The notes under the pieces: model-generated | Seen by the model: the letters and a program-made list of their open reading frames with translations, nothing else | What the model was told of the DNA's origin: nothing | Databases searched by the model: none | Assembly (NCBI GenBank): GCA_046260445.1 | Contig: JBHEPF010000127.1 | Location: forward strand, 11,688-75,687 | DNA length: 64,000 nt | Direction of reading: 5' to 3' | Source: Dermatophilaceae bacterium | GTDB taxonomy: Bacteria; Actinomycetota; Actinomycetes; Actinomycetales; Dermatophilaceae | Shown here: positions 10,301 through 20,906 of the stretch, piece by piece | How positions within the stretch are numbered: the stretch's first letter is position 1 | Layout of the letters: every line of letters starts with the position of its first letter | Program-made: the position numbers and the translations under genes

Positions 10301-11032
10301 GTGAGCGCGCCCGACGCATACCCCGCCCAGCGGCCCAGCGGTGAGCAGTCCGACGGTGAGCCGTTCGACCTCGACCCGGACTACGTGGCCGGTGCCGTCG
10401 ACCTGCTCGGGGTGCTCGCCTACGGCGAGCTGACGACGTACCAGTCGCTCGCGGTCCATGCCTTCTCCGCTCCCAACCTCACCGAGCGCATCGCGCTGTG
10501 CCGGTATGCGGCGGCCGACTTCGACCACGTCCGTCGGCTCGAGCGGCGGCTGGTCGAGCTCGGTTCGACGCTCGAGGAGGCGATGGCGCCGTTCGTCGCC
10601 GTCATCGACGACCTCAACCGACGGACCCGGGCCGAGACGTGGCTCGAGGGCCTGGTCAAGGCGACCGTGGCGCACGGGATCATCGCCGACTTCTACCGGG
10701 AGATGGCGCGACTCGTCGACCTACGGACCCGTGAGGTCGTCGACGAGGTCGTCGCCGACGACGCCAAGAGCGACCATCTCGTCCGCGTCGTGCGTGACTC
10801 GACCACACCCGGTTCGCCCGAGGCGAGTCGGCTCTCCCTCTGGGGCCGACGACTCGTCGGCGAGGCCCTCACCCAGGCGCAGCAGGTCGCCGCAGACCGC
10901 GAGCCCATGGCCGGGCTGCTCGTCGGAACTGCGGAGCGCCCTGGTGCCGACCTGGGGGAGATCGGCGAGATCCTCCGCCGGGTCACCGCTCGGCACACCG
11001 AGCGGATGGCCCGGATGGGCCTGACGGCCTAG
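10301..11032 (+). CDS. ferritin-like fold protein (conserved actinobacterial neighbour of the DEAD-box helicase)
   Basis: 243-aa ORF divergent from the helicase. The helical E/D/H-rich repeats resemble ferritin-like/MiaE-like proteins. The assignment is from memory of this gene neighbourhood and is not motif-proven. Confidence 0.5.
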   Translation: MSAPDAYPAQRPSGEQSDGEPFDLDPDYVAGAVDLLGVLAYGELTTYQSLAVHAFSAPNLTERIALCRYAAADFDHVRRLERRLVELGSTLEEAMAPFVAVIDDLNRRTRAETWLEGLVKATVAHGIIADFYREMARLVDLRTREVVDEVVADDAKSDHLVRVVRDSTTPGSPEASRLSLWGRRLVGEALTQAQQVAADREPMAGLLVGTAERPGADLGEIGEILRRVTARHTERMARMGLTA

Positions 11033-11077
11033 CCATCGCCGCGATCGCATTCGCGCAAGGAGCGGCTCGGCCTGAGG

Positions 11078-12034
11078 TCAGCCGAGCTCGTCCAGGACGG
11101 CCGACAGCACCTCGTGCATGTCGCCGATGACGGCATAGTCAGCCTTGGCCACCATCGGGGCGTCGGGGTCGGTGTTGACAGCGATGATCGTCTTGCTCGA
11201 CGCGCATCCGGCCCAATGCTGGATGGCGCCCGAGATTCCGCAGGCGACGTAGAGGTCGGGCGAGATACGCGAGCCGGTCTGACCGACCTGCTCGTGGTGC
11301 GGACGCCAGCCGAGGGAGGTGACGACGCGCGAGACCCCGACCGCACCACCGAGTCGGGATGCGAGGGCCTCGACGCCCGCGAAGCCGTCCGGCCCACCCG
11401 CGCCGCGGCCGCCTCCTACGACGACACGTGCCGAGCTGAGGCCGCTGGTGGCGCCCGGGTCACGTTGCTCGGTGCGTACGACCTGGGCGCGGAGATCCTT
11501 GGGGTCGATGGTGACCGCGAGCGGCGAGAGCCTCGCAGCGCCGGGGGAGACCGAGGGCGACGCCTCGACGGCGTGGCCGGCCATCGAGAGCAGTCGGACC
11601 GGGCTGTCGACGGAAGCCCGCTCGAGGACGGCGCCCCCGACGACCTGGCGCTGGACCACGAGCGGGCGCAGCGACTCCACCGAGACGACGTTCGCAGCCA
11701 TCCGCAGGTTGCGACGTGCGGCGACATGGGCGAGCACCTCGTTGCCCCTGCCGGTGCCGGAGGCGATGACGAGGTCGGCCTTGGCCGCGAGGCCAGCGGC
11801 CTCGACGACCCCCGCCCAGGCCGCGGCGGCATACCGCTCCAGCGCGGGATCGTCGGCGGTGTGCACCACGGCCACTCCCGCCTCGGCGCAGTCGGTGACG
11901 ACGCCCTGGGGCGCCCGGCCGACGACGACCGCGTGCAGGTCGCCGGCGCCGAGGTCGCGGGCGAAGGTCAGGGTCTCACGGGAGACGAGCGACGCGCGGC
12001 CCTCCTCGATCTCGACGAAGACGACAATGCTCAT
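11078..12034 (-). CDS. etfA: electron transfer flavoprotein alpha subunit
   Basis: 318 aa, MSIVVFVEIEEG..., with the C-terminal FAD-binding region VACGISGAIQHWAG. Its start overlaps the etfB stop by 4 nt. Confidence 0.9.
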   Translation of the reverse strand: MSIVVFVEIEEGRASLVSRETLTFARDLGAGDLHAVVVGRAPQGVVTDCAEAGVAVVHTADDPALERYAAAAWAGVVEAAGLAAKADLVIASGTGRGNEVLAHVAARRNLRMAANVVSVESLRPLVVQRQVVGGAVLERASVDSPVRLLSMAGHAVEASPSVSPGAARLSPLAVTIDPKDLRAQVVRTEQRDPGATSGLSSARVVVGGGRGAGGPDGFAGVEALASRLGGAVGVSRVVTSLGWRPHHEQVGQTGSRISPDLYVACGISGAIQHWAGCASSKTIIAVNTDPDAPMVAKADYAVIGDMHEVLSAVLDELG

Positions 12035-12804
12035 CGCGACACCACTCCCAGCTCACTCAGGACCCTGACGAGTGCGGGTGCGGCGGCCGCTCCCTCGCCG
12101 AGGAGGGTCACCTGGCTCGGTGCGGACTCGGGCACCGTGAGCCGCTCACGGCCGGTGCCGGTCGCGGTTCCGGACCAGGCGAGCACCTCGACCGGCGCCT
12201 TCTTGGCGCGCACCCGGCCTATGACGCTCGGATAGCGGGGGCTCACGCCACCCTCCATGACGGTGACGACAACGGGTAGCGCCACGTCGAAGACCTCGGT
12301 GCCATCCGGACCCTCGCCGCGCAGCGTGGCGCGACCGTGCGCGACCGCGGCGCTCTGGATACCGGCTGCGACCGGCCAGTCGAGGCCGTATGCGAGACGC
12401 ACCCCTACCTGAAAGTCGCCGGTGTCGGCGGCGTCGTTGCCGAGCAGGACGAGGTCGTATGTGATGCCGGCCTCCTCGCGCGAGCGCACCACCTGCGCGA
12501 TGGCGTCGGCGACGTCGGCCGGACCGAGCAGCTCGGCGTCGGCCTCGACGAGGATTCCGTCGGTGGCGCCGACCGCGATGGCGGCGCGCACCTGCTCTAG
12601 GCTGTCGGTCGACCCGACGGAGAGCACCGTCACCGAGCCGTCGGTGCCCTCGGTCAGCTGAACGGCAAGGGCAACTGCGGACTCCTCATGAGGACTCGTG
12701 GTGTAGCCGGCGTACCGGCCGTCGACGCGCAGCCCATCGGAGGTGAGAACGACCTCTCCTGTGGGGTCGGGCACCCGCTTGACGCAGACGAGGACGTTGG
12801 TCAT
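12031..12804 (-). CDS. etfB: electron transfer flavoprotein beta subunit
   Basis: 257 aa, MTNVLVCVKRVPD..., typical of EtfB. There is a 4-nt overlap with the upstream dehydrogenase stop (12801..12804). Confidence 0.9.
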   Translation of the reverse strand: MTNVLVCVKRVPDPTGEVVLTSDGLRVDGRYAGYTTSPHEESAVALAVQLTEGTDGSVTVLSVGSTDSLEQVRAAIAVGATDGILVEADAELLGPADVADAIAQVVRSREEAGITYDLVLLGNDAADTGDFQVGVRLAYGLDWPVAAGIQSAAVAHGRATLRGEGPDGTEVFDVALPVVVTVMEGGVSPRYPSVIGRVRAKKAPVEVLAWSGTATGTGRERLTVPESAPSQVTLLGEGAAAAPALVRVLSELGVVSR

Positions 12805-15323
12805 GACAGGCCGCGGATGCGGGCGTTCTCGGGGTCGAACAACGGCGTCGCGTCAGCCGCCGCAACCGTGACTGGGTAGAGCTCCTCCATGTACGAGACC
12901 GCGAGCTCGGTGCCGACGAGAGCCTGCTCCGGCGGGAGGAAGGCCATGAGGACATGCTTGCCCAGGCTGGGCGCCGACCCGGCGGTCGTGACGTAGGGGT
13001 GGCGGCCATGGCCATCGGTGAGGGTGTCGCCCGCACGGGTGAGGATGGGCTCCCCGCCGAGCATGTAGCGCTTGACGCCGCTGGCCGAGGTGTGGTCGTC
13101 GACGGTCAGGGAGCACAGGACGGTCTTCGCCGGCCGCTGCGCCTGGGCCATCACGGCGTCCTTGCCGATGAAGTCGTGGTCCTTCCACCTCGCCCGGGAC
13201 ATGCCGGTCTCCATGAGAGTGCGCTCGCTGTCGAGCTCGGCGCCATACGCGCGGTAGCCCTTCTCGAGGCGCCCCGTCGTGCCGTAGACGCCGATGCCGA
13301 CGGGCACCATGCCGAGCGGCGTGCCGACCTCCAGTATTCGGTTCCACAGTGCCGCCCCGGCCTCCATGGGGATGTAGAGCTCCCAGCCGTACTCACCCAC
13401 GTAGGAGATCCGAGAGGCCAGCACGTGCAAGGAGCCGACCTCGATCTCGCGACAGGTGCCGAAGGGGAAGCCCTGGTGCGAGAGGTCGGCGGTCGTGACG
13501 GCAGTGAGGATGTCGCGTGCGTTCGGGCCCCAGACGCCGACGGTCGTCCAGCTCGAGGTCAGGTCGACGACCACCGCACCACCGTCCTGTGGCATCCGGT
13601 CGATGAACCACTTCTTGTCCGCCATGCCGTGAGCGCCGCCGGTGACGACGCGGAAGCGGTCGTGAGCCAGGCGCATGATCGTGAGGTCCGAGCGGAAGCC
13701 GCCTCCCTCGTCCAGCACCGGGGTGTAGACGACCCGGCCGATGCGCACGTCGCACTGGGCGACGACGATCCGCTGCACGGTCTCGAGCGCCTCGGGCCCG
13801 ATGAGGTCGAAGATCGCGAAGGCCGACAGGTCGACCAGGCCGGCGGTCTCGCGCATCTGGAGGTGCTCGGCGTTGATGATGGGGGACCACCACCGGGCGT
13901 CCCATTCGTGCTCACGCACCATGCAGGCATCACCGAACTTCTCGACCAGGCCCGCATTCGACTCGTACCAGAACGGGCGCTCCCAGCCGGCGGTCTCGTA
14001 GAAGACCGCACCGAGCTCCTGCTCCGAGGTATGCATCGGCGCCAGACGGATGCCGCGGTCGCTCTCATACTGCTCGGCTGGGTGAACGATGCCGTAGGTC
14101 TTCTGGAACGACTCGGAGGTGCGCGCCCTGACGTGGGCCCTGGTCTTCTGGTGGGGGTGGAAGCGGGCGATGTCGGAGTGGCCGAGGTCGATCTCGGGGT
14201 TGCCGTGAGACATCCACTCGGCGACGGCGCGGCCCGTGCCCGGCCCTTCCTTGATCCAGACTGCCGCGGCCGACCACAGACCCTTGACCTCGGGGGTCTC
14301 GCCGAGGATCGGGTAGCCGTCGGGGGTGAGGGAGAGAAGGCCGTTGATGGCGTAGCGGATCTCGGCGCGTTCGTCGCCGAGCAGCTCGGGCATGAGCTCC
14401 AGAGCTTGCTCGAGCTGCGGGTCGAAGTCGTCCTCGGTGAACGGCAGCTCGGTCGGCGACAGCCTGCTCTGCTCGATCGAGGGGATGTCCTCGGGATCCC
14501 AGAGGATCGCGCGGTGCGCATACGACCCGACCTCCATGTCGGAACCATGCTGGCGCTCGTAGCAGAACGTGTCCATGTCGCGCACGATCGGGAAGCTGAT
14601 CTCGCCGGGACGATCGGCGAGCACCTCGCACGGGCCGACCGAGATCATCTGGTGCACGGCGGGAGTCAGCGGGATGTGAGCACCCGCCATTCGGGCGATC
14701 TTAGGGCTCCACACGCCGCAGGCGATGACGACCGTCTCGGCCTCGATGCGGCCCTGGTTGGTCTCGACGGCGCGGACACGACCGGCGAGGACCTCCATGC
14801 CGGTGACCTCGACGTTGGGCACGGTCGTGAGCGCGTCCTTCTCGATGGCGCGTTCGCGCATGATCGTGCCGGCGCGCAGGCTGTCCACCACGCCCACGGT
14901 GGGGAACCATGCGGCCCCGATGATGACGTCCGTGTCGAGGAAGGGAACCCTCTCGGCGACGTGCTCGGGGGTGACGAGCTCGGCGGGGATGCCCCAGGCC
15001 TTGGCACTGCTCATCCGGCGCCGCAGCTCCTCCATGCGCTCCTGCGTGCGGGCGACCTCGTAGCCGCCGGACTCGGTGAAGACGCCGAGCTCGACGTACT
15101 GGCGCACCGAGTCCATTGTGAGGTCAGCGAACTCGCGCGAGTGGTCGACGGGGAAGATGAAGTTGCTCGCGTGGCCGGTGGAGCCACCGGGGTTGGGCAG
15201 CGGGCCCTTGTCGAGCTGGACGATGTCGGTCCAGCCGAGTTCCGCGAGGTGGTGGACGAGCGAGTTCCCGACGATCCCGGCGCCGATGACGACACAACGG
15301 GCGGAGGGGGGGAGAGCGGCCAT
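12801..15323 (-). CDS. dimethylglycine dehydrogenase/oxidase family flavoenzyme (DAO domain plus GcvT-type folate-binding domain)
   Basis: 840 aa. The N-terminal FAD motif is VVIGAGIVGNSLVHHLA, and the C-terminal half is aminomethyltransferase-like. The size matches the ~830-aa Arthrobacter DMGO class. It is coupled to etfBA. Confidence 0.85.
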   Translation of the reverse strand: MAALPPSARCVVIGAGIVGNSLVHHLAELGWTDIVQLDKGPLPNPGGSTGHASNFIFPVDHSREFADLTMDSVRQYVELGVFTESGGYEVARTQERMEELRRRMSSAKAWGIPAELVTPEHVAERVPFLDTDVIIGAAWFPTVGVVDSLRAGTIMRERAIEKDALTTVPNVEVTGMEVLAGRVRAVETNQGRIEAETVVIACGVWSPKIARMAGAHIPLTPAVHQMISVGPCEVLADRPGEISFPIVRDMDTFCYERQHGSDMEVGSYAHRAILWDPEDIPSIEQSRLSPTELPFTEDDFDPQLEQALELMPELLGDERAEIRYAINGLLSLTPDGYPILGETPEVKGLWSAAAVWIKEGPGTGRAVAEWMSHGNPEIDLGHSDIARFHPHQKTRAHVRARTSESFQKTYGIVHPAEQYESDRGIRLAPMHTSEQELGAVFYETAGWERPFWYESNAGLVEKFGDACMVREHEWDARWWSPIINAEHLQMRETAGLVDLSAFAIFDLIGPEALETVQRIVVAQCDVRIGRVVYTPVLDEGGGFRSDLTIMRLAHDRFRVVTGGAHGMADKKWFIDRMPQDGGAVVVDLTSSWTTVGVWGPNARDILTAVTTADLSHQGFPFGTCREIEVGSLHVLASRISYVGEYGWELYIPMEAGAALWNRILEVGTPLGMVPVGIGVYGTTGRLEKGYRAYGAELDSERTLMETGMSRARWKDHDFIGKDAVMAQAQRPAKTVLCSLTVDDHTSASGVKRYMLGGEPILTRAGDTLTDGHGRHPYVTTAGSAPSLGKHVLMAFLPPEQALVGTELAVSYMEELYPVTVAAADATPLFDPENARIRGLS

Positions 15324-15341
15324 TGGGAGGTTCCTTTCGGC

Positions 15342-15386
15342 GACGCTAGTGATGCGCTATACGCAACATGACGCTCGATGCGCAAC
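15342..15386 (-). promoter_or_regulatory. candidate operator: direct repeat GACGCT(N1-3)GATGCGC occurring twice, each followed by CGCAAC
   Basis: GACGCTAGTGATGCGC lies at 15342-15357 and GACGCTCGATGCGC at 15370-15383. CGCAAC occurs at 15362-15367 and 15381-15386. The site is 19-63 nt upstream of the DMG dehydrogenase start. Confidence 0.25.
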
Positions 15387-15565
15387 CCTAGACAGTCTGG
15401 CAGATTCACCGGGCGGAGCCAATACCTGCCCGTGGGCATCGCTCGGGTACCAGCCGCATACGTCAACGTCACCATCACGGCGACTGAGACTGAGCGGCAT
15501 CCTGGGATGCGACCGAGGGATGCCCCGTCTACCCCGACGTCCCCACCCCTGCTGTGCGGCGTCGG

Positions 15566-17599
15566 TCAGCCCCGTGTGAGGTTGCCCAGCCGGACGAACT
15601 GCAGGTGCTGCTCGTAGTTGTCGAGGCAGTCATGGATGACCTGGCCCTGGCTGTAGCCCATGACGTCGTAGTCCTGGCCCCCGGCCTCGAGGTGCACGAC
15701 GAGGCGCGCATGGCTGTCTCGCGCCTGGATCATCCGGCCGCCGTACGTCGGGACCGGGCCCTCGGTCAGCACCACCCGGTAGACGAACGGCTCGTCGCTC
15801 GACGTGGTGCGCAGCGTGACGGCAGGCTGCCCGCCACCCTCAGCGCCGAGGGGATCGACGCTGACCTCGGTCTCGACGCCGATGCGGTCCAGCTCGGCTG
15901 CCACCTCGTCGAGGGCCGGACGGATGACGGAGTCCAGGTGGGCCTGGGCGTCATCGCGGTCGACGAAGCTGGTCAGGCGGGCGAGGCGCAACTTCCATAG
16001 CGCGGCCGGATGCGGGTCGACCTCGGTGCCCCGAGCGGACAGGCGCGCGGGCATGGTGTGCGCACCGCTGTCGACCCGGCGGCCCTCTCGGCGAAGGGCC
16101 TTGAGCAAACCGAGCATGACGAGGACGAGGACGAAGGCGAAGGGCAGCCCGAAGATGATCGTGGCGTACTGAAGAGCGACGATGCCACCGACGATGAGCA
16201 TCGCGATGGTGAGCAGCCCGGTGACGGCAGCCCAGAGGATCCTCTGCCAGGCAGCGGCATCCTCGGACCCGGTGTCGAGGCGGCTGCACAGGTTCGCCAT
16301 GACGAGTGCTCCAGAGTCCGCCGAGGTGACGTAGAACAGGAGCCCGACGAACACGGCCAGGGTGATGACGACGTTCGCCGCGGGATAGCCGCTGAGGAGC
16401 TCGTAGAAGCCAAGGCCGGTGAAGTCCTGGGCGACCTCGCCGAACTCGGTGTCGCCTCCACGGATCCTCTCGATGGTGGCGTTGCCGAAGATCGAGACCC
16501 ACATGACGATGTAGAGGAACGGGATGATCATCGTGCCGGCCACGAACTGGCGAATGGTCCGGCCACGGGAGATCCGGGCGAGGAACAGGCCGACGAAGGA
16601 GGCCCAGGCCACCCACCAGGCCCAGAAGAAGAGCGTCCAGTAGCTCATCCACTCGGCGTTGTCGACGAAGGGGAAGGTCTCCATCGTCTTCGCCGGGAAG
16701 GTCCGCGCGAAGTCGCCGACGTTGGCGACGACGGCATTGAGGATGAAGCTGGTGTTGCCGGTCACGAGGATCCAGCCGGCGAGCCCGAGGGCCAGGAGGA
16801 CGTTGAGCTGGGAGAGGAAGCGGATGCCCTTGTCGACTCCGGTCGTCGCGGAGACCGCCGCCATGACGATCGCTAGCACGGCGAGGGCTATCTGGGCGCC
16901 GGTGCCCACCGGGACCCCGAAGAGCAGGTTGAGCCCGACGTTGAGGAAGACCACTCCGATGCCGAGCGAGGTCGCGACCCCGAAGATCGTCCCGAGGACC
17001 GCAGCGGTGTCCACCGCGTGCCCTACCGGGCCCTCGATGCGGCGGCCGAGGATCGGCTGCAGCGCGGAGCGGACCGCGAGGGGGAGGCCCATGCGGTGAC
17101 AGAAGTAGCCCAGCGCCATGCCCATCAGCGCATACATCCCCCATCCGGTGATCCCGTAGTGGAACAGGGTCCACACCGTGGCGTCGCGGGCGGCCTCGAC
17201 GGTCCCTGGCTCACCCACTGGTGGGGCGAGGTACTGGGACGCGGGCTCGACGACGGAGTAGAACATCACGTCGGTGCCGATGCCGGCGGCGAACAGCATC
17301 GAGGCCCACGCGAAGGTGGAGAACTCGGGGCGCGAGTGGTCCGGCCCGAGGCGGATGCGCCCGTAGCGGGAAATGCCCAGGGAGAGCACAAAGACGAGCA
17401 CCGCGGTCGCGAGGAGGACGTAGAACCAACCGAACCACTCGGTGACCCAGCCGGTGACCGTCCCCAGAGCGCTCTCGGCGGACGCGGGGGCGGCCAGCGC
17501 CCAGATGGCCAGCGTGAGCACGCCGACGAGCGAGGCGGCGAACACGGGCAGGCGCATCGGCGGTCCGGACACAATGCGGGCACGAATGTCGGTGCTCAT
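15566..17599 (-). CDS. betT: BCCT-family choline/glycine betaine transporter
   Basis: 677 aa, polytopic, with a BCCT signature region (WTLFFWAWWVAWASFVGLFLARISRGRTIRQF) and a long cytoplasmic C-terminal extension as in BetT. Confidence 0.9.
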   Translation of the reverse strand: MSTDIRARIVSGPPMRLPVFAASLVGVLTLAIWALAAPASAESALGTVTGWVTEWFGWFYVLLATAVLVFVLSLGISRYGRIRLGPDHSRPEFSTFAWASMLFAAGIGTDVMFYSVVEPASQYLAPPVGEPGTVEAARDATVWTLFHYGITGWGMYALMGMALGYFCHRMGLPLAVRSALQPILGRRIEGPVGHAVDTAAVLGTIFGVATSLGIGVVFLNVGLNLLFGVPVGTGAQIALAVLAIVMAAVSATTGVDKGIRFLSQLNVLLALGLAGWILVTGNTSFILNAVVANVGDFARTFPAKTMETFPFVDNAEWMSYWTLFFWAWWVAWASFVGLFLARISRGRTIRQFVAGTMIIPFLYIVMWVSIFGNATIERIRGGDTEFGEVAQDFTGLGFYELLSGYPAANVVITLAVFVGLLFYVTSADSGALVMANLCSRLDTGSEDAAAWQRILWAAVTGLLTIAMLIVGGIVALQYATIIFGLPFAFVLVLVMLGLLKALRREGRRVDSGAHTMPARLSARGTEVDPHPAALWKLRLARLTSFVDRDDAQAHLDSVIRPALDEVAAELDRIGVETEVSVDPLGAEGGGQPAVTLRTTSSDEPFVYRVVLTEGPVPTYGGRMIQARDSHARLVVHLEAGGQDYDVMGYSQGQVIHDCLDNYEQHLQFVRLGNLTRG

Positions 17600-17647
17600 T
17601 AGGCCTCCTGGGTCTGAGGGGGTGGAGGTGACCGATGGCGTTGACGC

Positions 17648-19378
17648 TCAGGGGGCCTCGGTAGGGGCGGTGAGCGGACTGCCGGCCCGGTGGTCGTACC
17701 AGGGCACATCGGATGGCGGGAGGGGGGTGTTTCCAGCGATGAGGTCGGCCGCCTTCTCGGCGAGCATGACGACCGGGGCGTAGATGTTGCCGTTGGTGAC
17801 GTAGGGCATCGAGCTCGCGTCGACCACGCGTAGGCCCTGCGTGTCATGAACGCCCATCGTCAGGGGATCCAGAACGGAGAGGTCGTCGATCCCCATTCGC
17901 GCGGTACAGCTCGGGTGCAGCGCGGTCTCGGCGTCGGCGCGGACCCATTCGAGGATCTCCTCGTCGGTCTCGACGCTGGGCCCCGGGGAGATCTCGCCGT
18001 CGTTGAAGGGGTCCATCGCACTCTGGCCGAGGATGTGTCGTGCAGCCCGGATCGCCTCGACCCACTCGCTGCGGTCCTGTTCGGTCGACAGGTAGTTGAA
18101 ACTCAGCGCCGGCTGGACCGTCGGGTCCCGGCTCGTGATCTTGACCGTCCCCCTGGCGTCCGAGTACATGGGCCCGATGTGCACCTGGTAGCCGTGCCCC
18201 TTGATCGGGCTCGACCCGTCGTAGCGGATCGCGATCGGGAGGAAGTGGAACATCAGGTTCGGATAGTCGACATCCTCGTTGCCCCGGACGAAGCCACCGC
18301 CCTCGAAGTGGTTCGTCGCGCCGAGGCCCTTGCGGAAGAAGAGCCAGTCCGCGGCCAGCTTGGGACGGTTGTGGTACTTCAGGCCAGGGGCGATCGAGAC
18401 CGGGAGCTTGCTCGCGAACTGGATGTAAACCTCGAGGTGGTCCTGGAGATGTTCGCCGACGCCCGGGACGTGGGCCACCGGGGCGACGCCGAGCGCGCGG
18501 AGCTCGTCGGCGTTGCCGATCCCGGAGAGCTGGAGCAGCTGGGGGCTGTTGATCGCGCCACCGCTGAGGATGACCTCCCCCGCCCGGACGGTATGCCGTG
18601 TGCCGAGCTGGGTGTACTCCACGCCGACTGCCCTCGTCCCTTCGAAGAGGATCCGGGTCGTCATCGCGAGTGTCCGGACGTGCAGGTTGGGGCGGTCCGT
18701 CACAGGGTGGAGATAGGCCCGAGAGGCGGACAGCCGGCGCCCCCGGTGGATGTTCCTGTCGAACCTCGCGAAGCCCTCCTGACGGTAGCCGTTGACGTCA
18801 TCCGTCATCGGGTACCCGGCCTCGACGGCGGCGGCGAAGAACGCGCCGAAGAGCGGGTTGGTCGCCGGGCCGCGCTCGAGGATGAGCGGGCCGTCTCCGC
18901 CGCGCCAGCGGTCCGCCCCGGCGAGGCAGTTCTCCATCCGCTTGAAGTAGGGCAGGCAGTGGGCGAAGTCCCAGCTGTCCATGCCCGGGTCGGCGGCCCA
19001 GCGCTCGTAGTCCATGGGGTTGCCGCGCTGGAAGATCATCCCGTTGATCGAGCTCGAGCCGCCAAGGATCTTGCCACGGGCGTGGTATATGCGACGCCTG
19101 TTCATGTGGGGTTCGGGCTCGGACTCGTACTTCCAGTCGTAGAAGCGGCTCCCGATAGGGAACGGCAGGGCAGCCGGCATGGTGATGAACGGGTCGATCT
19201 TGAGATCGGACCGACCCGCCTCGAGGACGAGCACGTTCGTCGCCGAGTCGGCCGAGAGACGGTTCGCCAGGACGCACCCCGCGCTCCCACCGCCCACGAT
19301 CACGGTGTCCACGCGCTCTGGTGCTGCGCCCAGGGTGGTGTGCCCGAGCGCCTCGCTGACCCACCCCGGCATCCGCAT
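17648..19378 (-). CDS. betA: choline dehydrogenase (GMC oxidoreductase)
   Basis: Track ORF 17648..19504. The in-frame ATG at 19378 lies 2 nt after the betB stop. The FAD motif [17 protein letters not shown] and the GMC signatures are present. Confidence 0.9.
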   Translation of the reverse strand: MRMPGWVSEALGHTTLGAAPERVDTVIVGGGSAGCVLANRLSADSATNVLVLEAGRSDLKIDPFITMPAALPFPIGSRFYDWKYESEPEPHMNRRRIYHARGKILGGSSSINGMIFQRGNPMDYERWAADPGMDSWDFAHCLPYFKRMENCLAGADRWRGGDGPLILERGPATNPLFGAFFAAAVEAGYPMTDDVNGYRQEGFARFDRNIHRGRRLSASRAYLHPVTDRPNLHVRTLAMTTRILFEGTRAVGVEYTQLGTRHTVRAGEVILSGGAINSPQLLQLSGIGNADELRALGVAPVAHVPGVGEHLQDHLEVYIQFASKLPVSIAPGLKYHNRPKLAADWLFFRKGLGATNHFEGGGFVRGNEDVDYPNLMFHFLPIAIRYDGSSPIKGHGYQVHIGPMYSDARGTVKITSRDPTVQPALSFNYLSTEQDRSEWVEAIRAARHILGQSAMDPFNDGEISPGPSVETDEEILEWVRADAETALHPSCTARMGIDDLSVLDPLTMGVHDTQGLRVVDASSMPYVTNGNIYAPVVMLAEKAADLIAGNTPLPPSDVPWYDHRAGSPLTAPTEAP

Positions 19379-19380
19379 CC

Positions 19381-20853
19381 TCACTCCCACCACCCCGAAG
19401 GAGAAGGTGTCGTGTTTCGCCACACGTGCTTGGTCTCCTGGTACTCCTCCAGGCCCAGCTCGCCGAGCTCGCGGCCGATACCCGACTGCTTGTAGCCCCC
19501 CCACTCAGCCTGAGCGACGTAGGGGTGGTAGTCGTTGATCCACACCGTGCCCATCCGCAGTCGGCGGGCGATCCGGTCGGCGCGCTCGGAGTCGTCGGTC
19601 CAGACGGCCCCGGCAAGGCCGAAGATCGTGTCGTTGGCGAGAGCGACCGCCTCGTCCTCGGTGGTGAACGTCTCCACGGTGAGCACCGGCCCGAAGGACT
19701 CCTCCTGGACGATGCTCATCGCCGGACTGCAGCGGTCGAACACCGTGGGCGGGAAGAAGAACCCGTCGTCCAGGCCAGCGCCGGTGGCTCGCTCACCACC
19801 GAGCCGGAGCCGGGCCCCGTCGGCGATCCCGGCGGCGACGTACGCCTCGACCTTGCGCAGGTGGTTCTCGCTCGTGAGCGAGCCGGTGTCGGCCTGCTCG
19901 TCGAACGGGCCGCCGAGCCGGATGCCGCGGGCGCGCTCGATGATCTCGTCGACGAAGCCCTCGGCGATCGACTCCTCGACGATGAGCCGGGCCCCGGCCG
20001 AGCACACCTGCCCGGAATGCAGGAACACCGCGGTCATCGCGTTGTCGAGGGCGGCCTCGCGACTGGCGTCGGCGAAGACGATGTTCGGGTTCTTCCCACC
20101 GAGCTCGAGGGCGACCCGCTTGACGGTCGGCGCAGCCGCGGCCATGAGGTGTCGCCCCACAGCGAGGCTTCCGGTGAAGGAGACGAGGTCGACCCTCGGG
20201 TCGCTGGAGAGGGGGCCACCGCAACCCGGACCGGTGCCGAGGACGAGGTTGCCGACACCGGCGGGGAGGCCGGCCTCGGCGAGGATCCGCACGAGGTGGA
20301 TCGTCGAGTGCGGGGTGATCTCGCTCGGCTTGAGGACGAACGTGTTGCCGGCGGCGAGGCAGGGGGCGACCTTCCAGCTCGCCTGGAGAGAGGGGTAGTT
20401 CCACGGGGTGATGAGGGCGCAGACTCCGATCGGCTCCTTGACGATCGTGCTCTGGACCCCCTCGCGCCCGACATCGACGACGCGACCCCCCGTGGGCGCC
20501 GTGGACGCGACAGCGGCGTAGTGGCGGAAGGCCGAGACGACGTCGGCGACGTCGTACTCCGCCTCGACGAACCGCTTCCCGGTGTCGAGCGCCTCAGCCC
20601 GCGCGATATCCTTGGTGTCACGTTCCAGCAGGTCGGCGGTGCGGTCGAGGAGGGCCCCCCGGTCGGCCATCGCGGTCCTGGGCCAGGAACCACTGTCGAA
20701 CGCCGACCGCGCCGCGCTGATCGCGGCGAGGGTGTCGATGTCGGTGGCCTCCTGGACGGTGCCGACGGGGGTGCCGTCGGCCGGGCACGTGATCGAGCGC
20801 GTGCCGCCGCCCGCCGCGGCTACCCATCGGCCATCGATGAACAGCTTCGTCAC
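19381..20853 (-). CDS. betB: betaine-aldehyde dehydrogenase
   Basis: 490-aa ALDH with FTGS, ELGGKNP and the catalytic Cys in [10 protein letters not shown]. It has a GTG start with AGGAGG 6 nt upstream and lies immediately upstream of betA. Confidence 0.9.
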   Translation of the reverse strand: MTKLFIDGRWVAAAGGGTRSITCPADGTPVGTVQEATDIDTLAAISAARSAFDSGSWPRTAMADRGALLDRTADLLERDTKDIARAEALDTGKRFVEAEYDVADVVSAFRHYAAVASTAPTGGRVVDVGREGVQSTIVKEPIGVCALITPWNYPSLQASWKVAPCLAAGNTFVLKPSEITPHSTIHLVRILAEAGLPAGVGNLVLGTGPGCGGPLSSDPRVDLVSFTGSLAVGRHLMAAAAPTVKRVALELGGKNPNIVFADASREAALDNAMTAVFLHSGQVCSAGARLIVEESIAEGFVDEIIERARGIRLGGPFDEQADTGSLTSENHLRKVEAYVAAGIADGARLRLGGERATGAGLDDGFFFPPTVFDRCSPAMSIVQEESFGPVLTVETFTTEDEAVALANDTIFGLAGAVWTDDSERADRIARRLRMGTVWINDYHPYVAQAEWGGYKQSGIGRELGELGLEEYQETKHVWRNTTPSPSGWWE

Positions 20854-20868
20854 GGGCGCCTCCTGGTA

Positions 20869-20906
20869 GTTGCACGATGCAACGCATGAGTGTTGTGCGC
20901 ATCAAC
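20869..20906 (-). promoter_or_regulatory. two GTTG-N7-CAAC inverted repeats in the betB leader
   Basis: GTTGCACGATGCAAC (20869-20883) has perfect 6-bp arms. GTTGTGCGCATCAAC (20892-20906) has 4-bp arms. The centres are 23 bp apart, and the first abuts the betB RBS. Confidence 0.3.

Noticed and set aside
12954-15371. 805-aa plus-strand ORF opposite the DMG dehydrogenase gene; similar cases are 8875..10239, 17846..19495, 19426..20889, 24188..25828, 45522..46946, 53713..55167 and 58755..60128
   Set aside because: Each lies antisense to a gene with strong family motifs and has the biased composition of off-frame high-GC translation. None shows a motif, an RBS or independent spacing.
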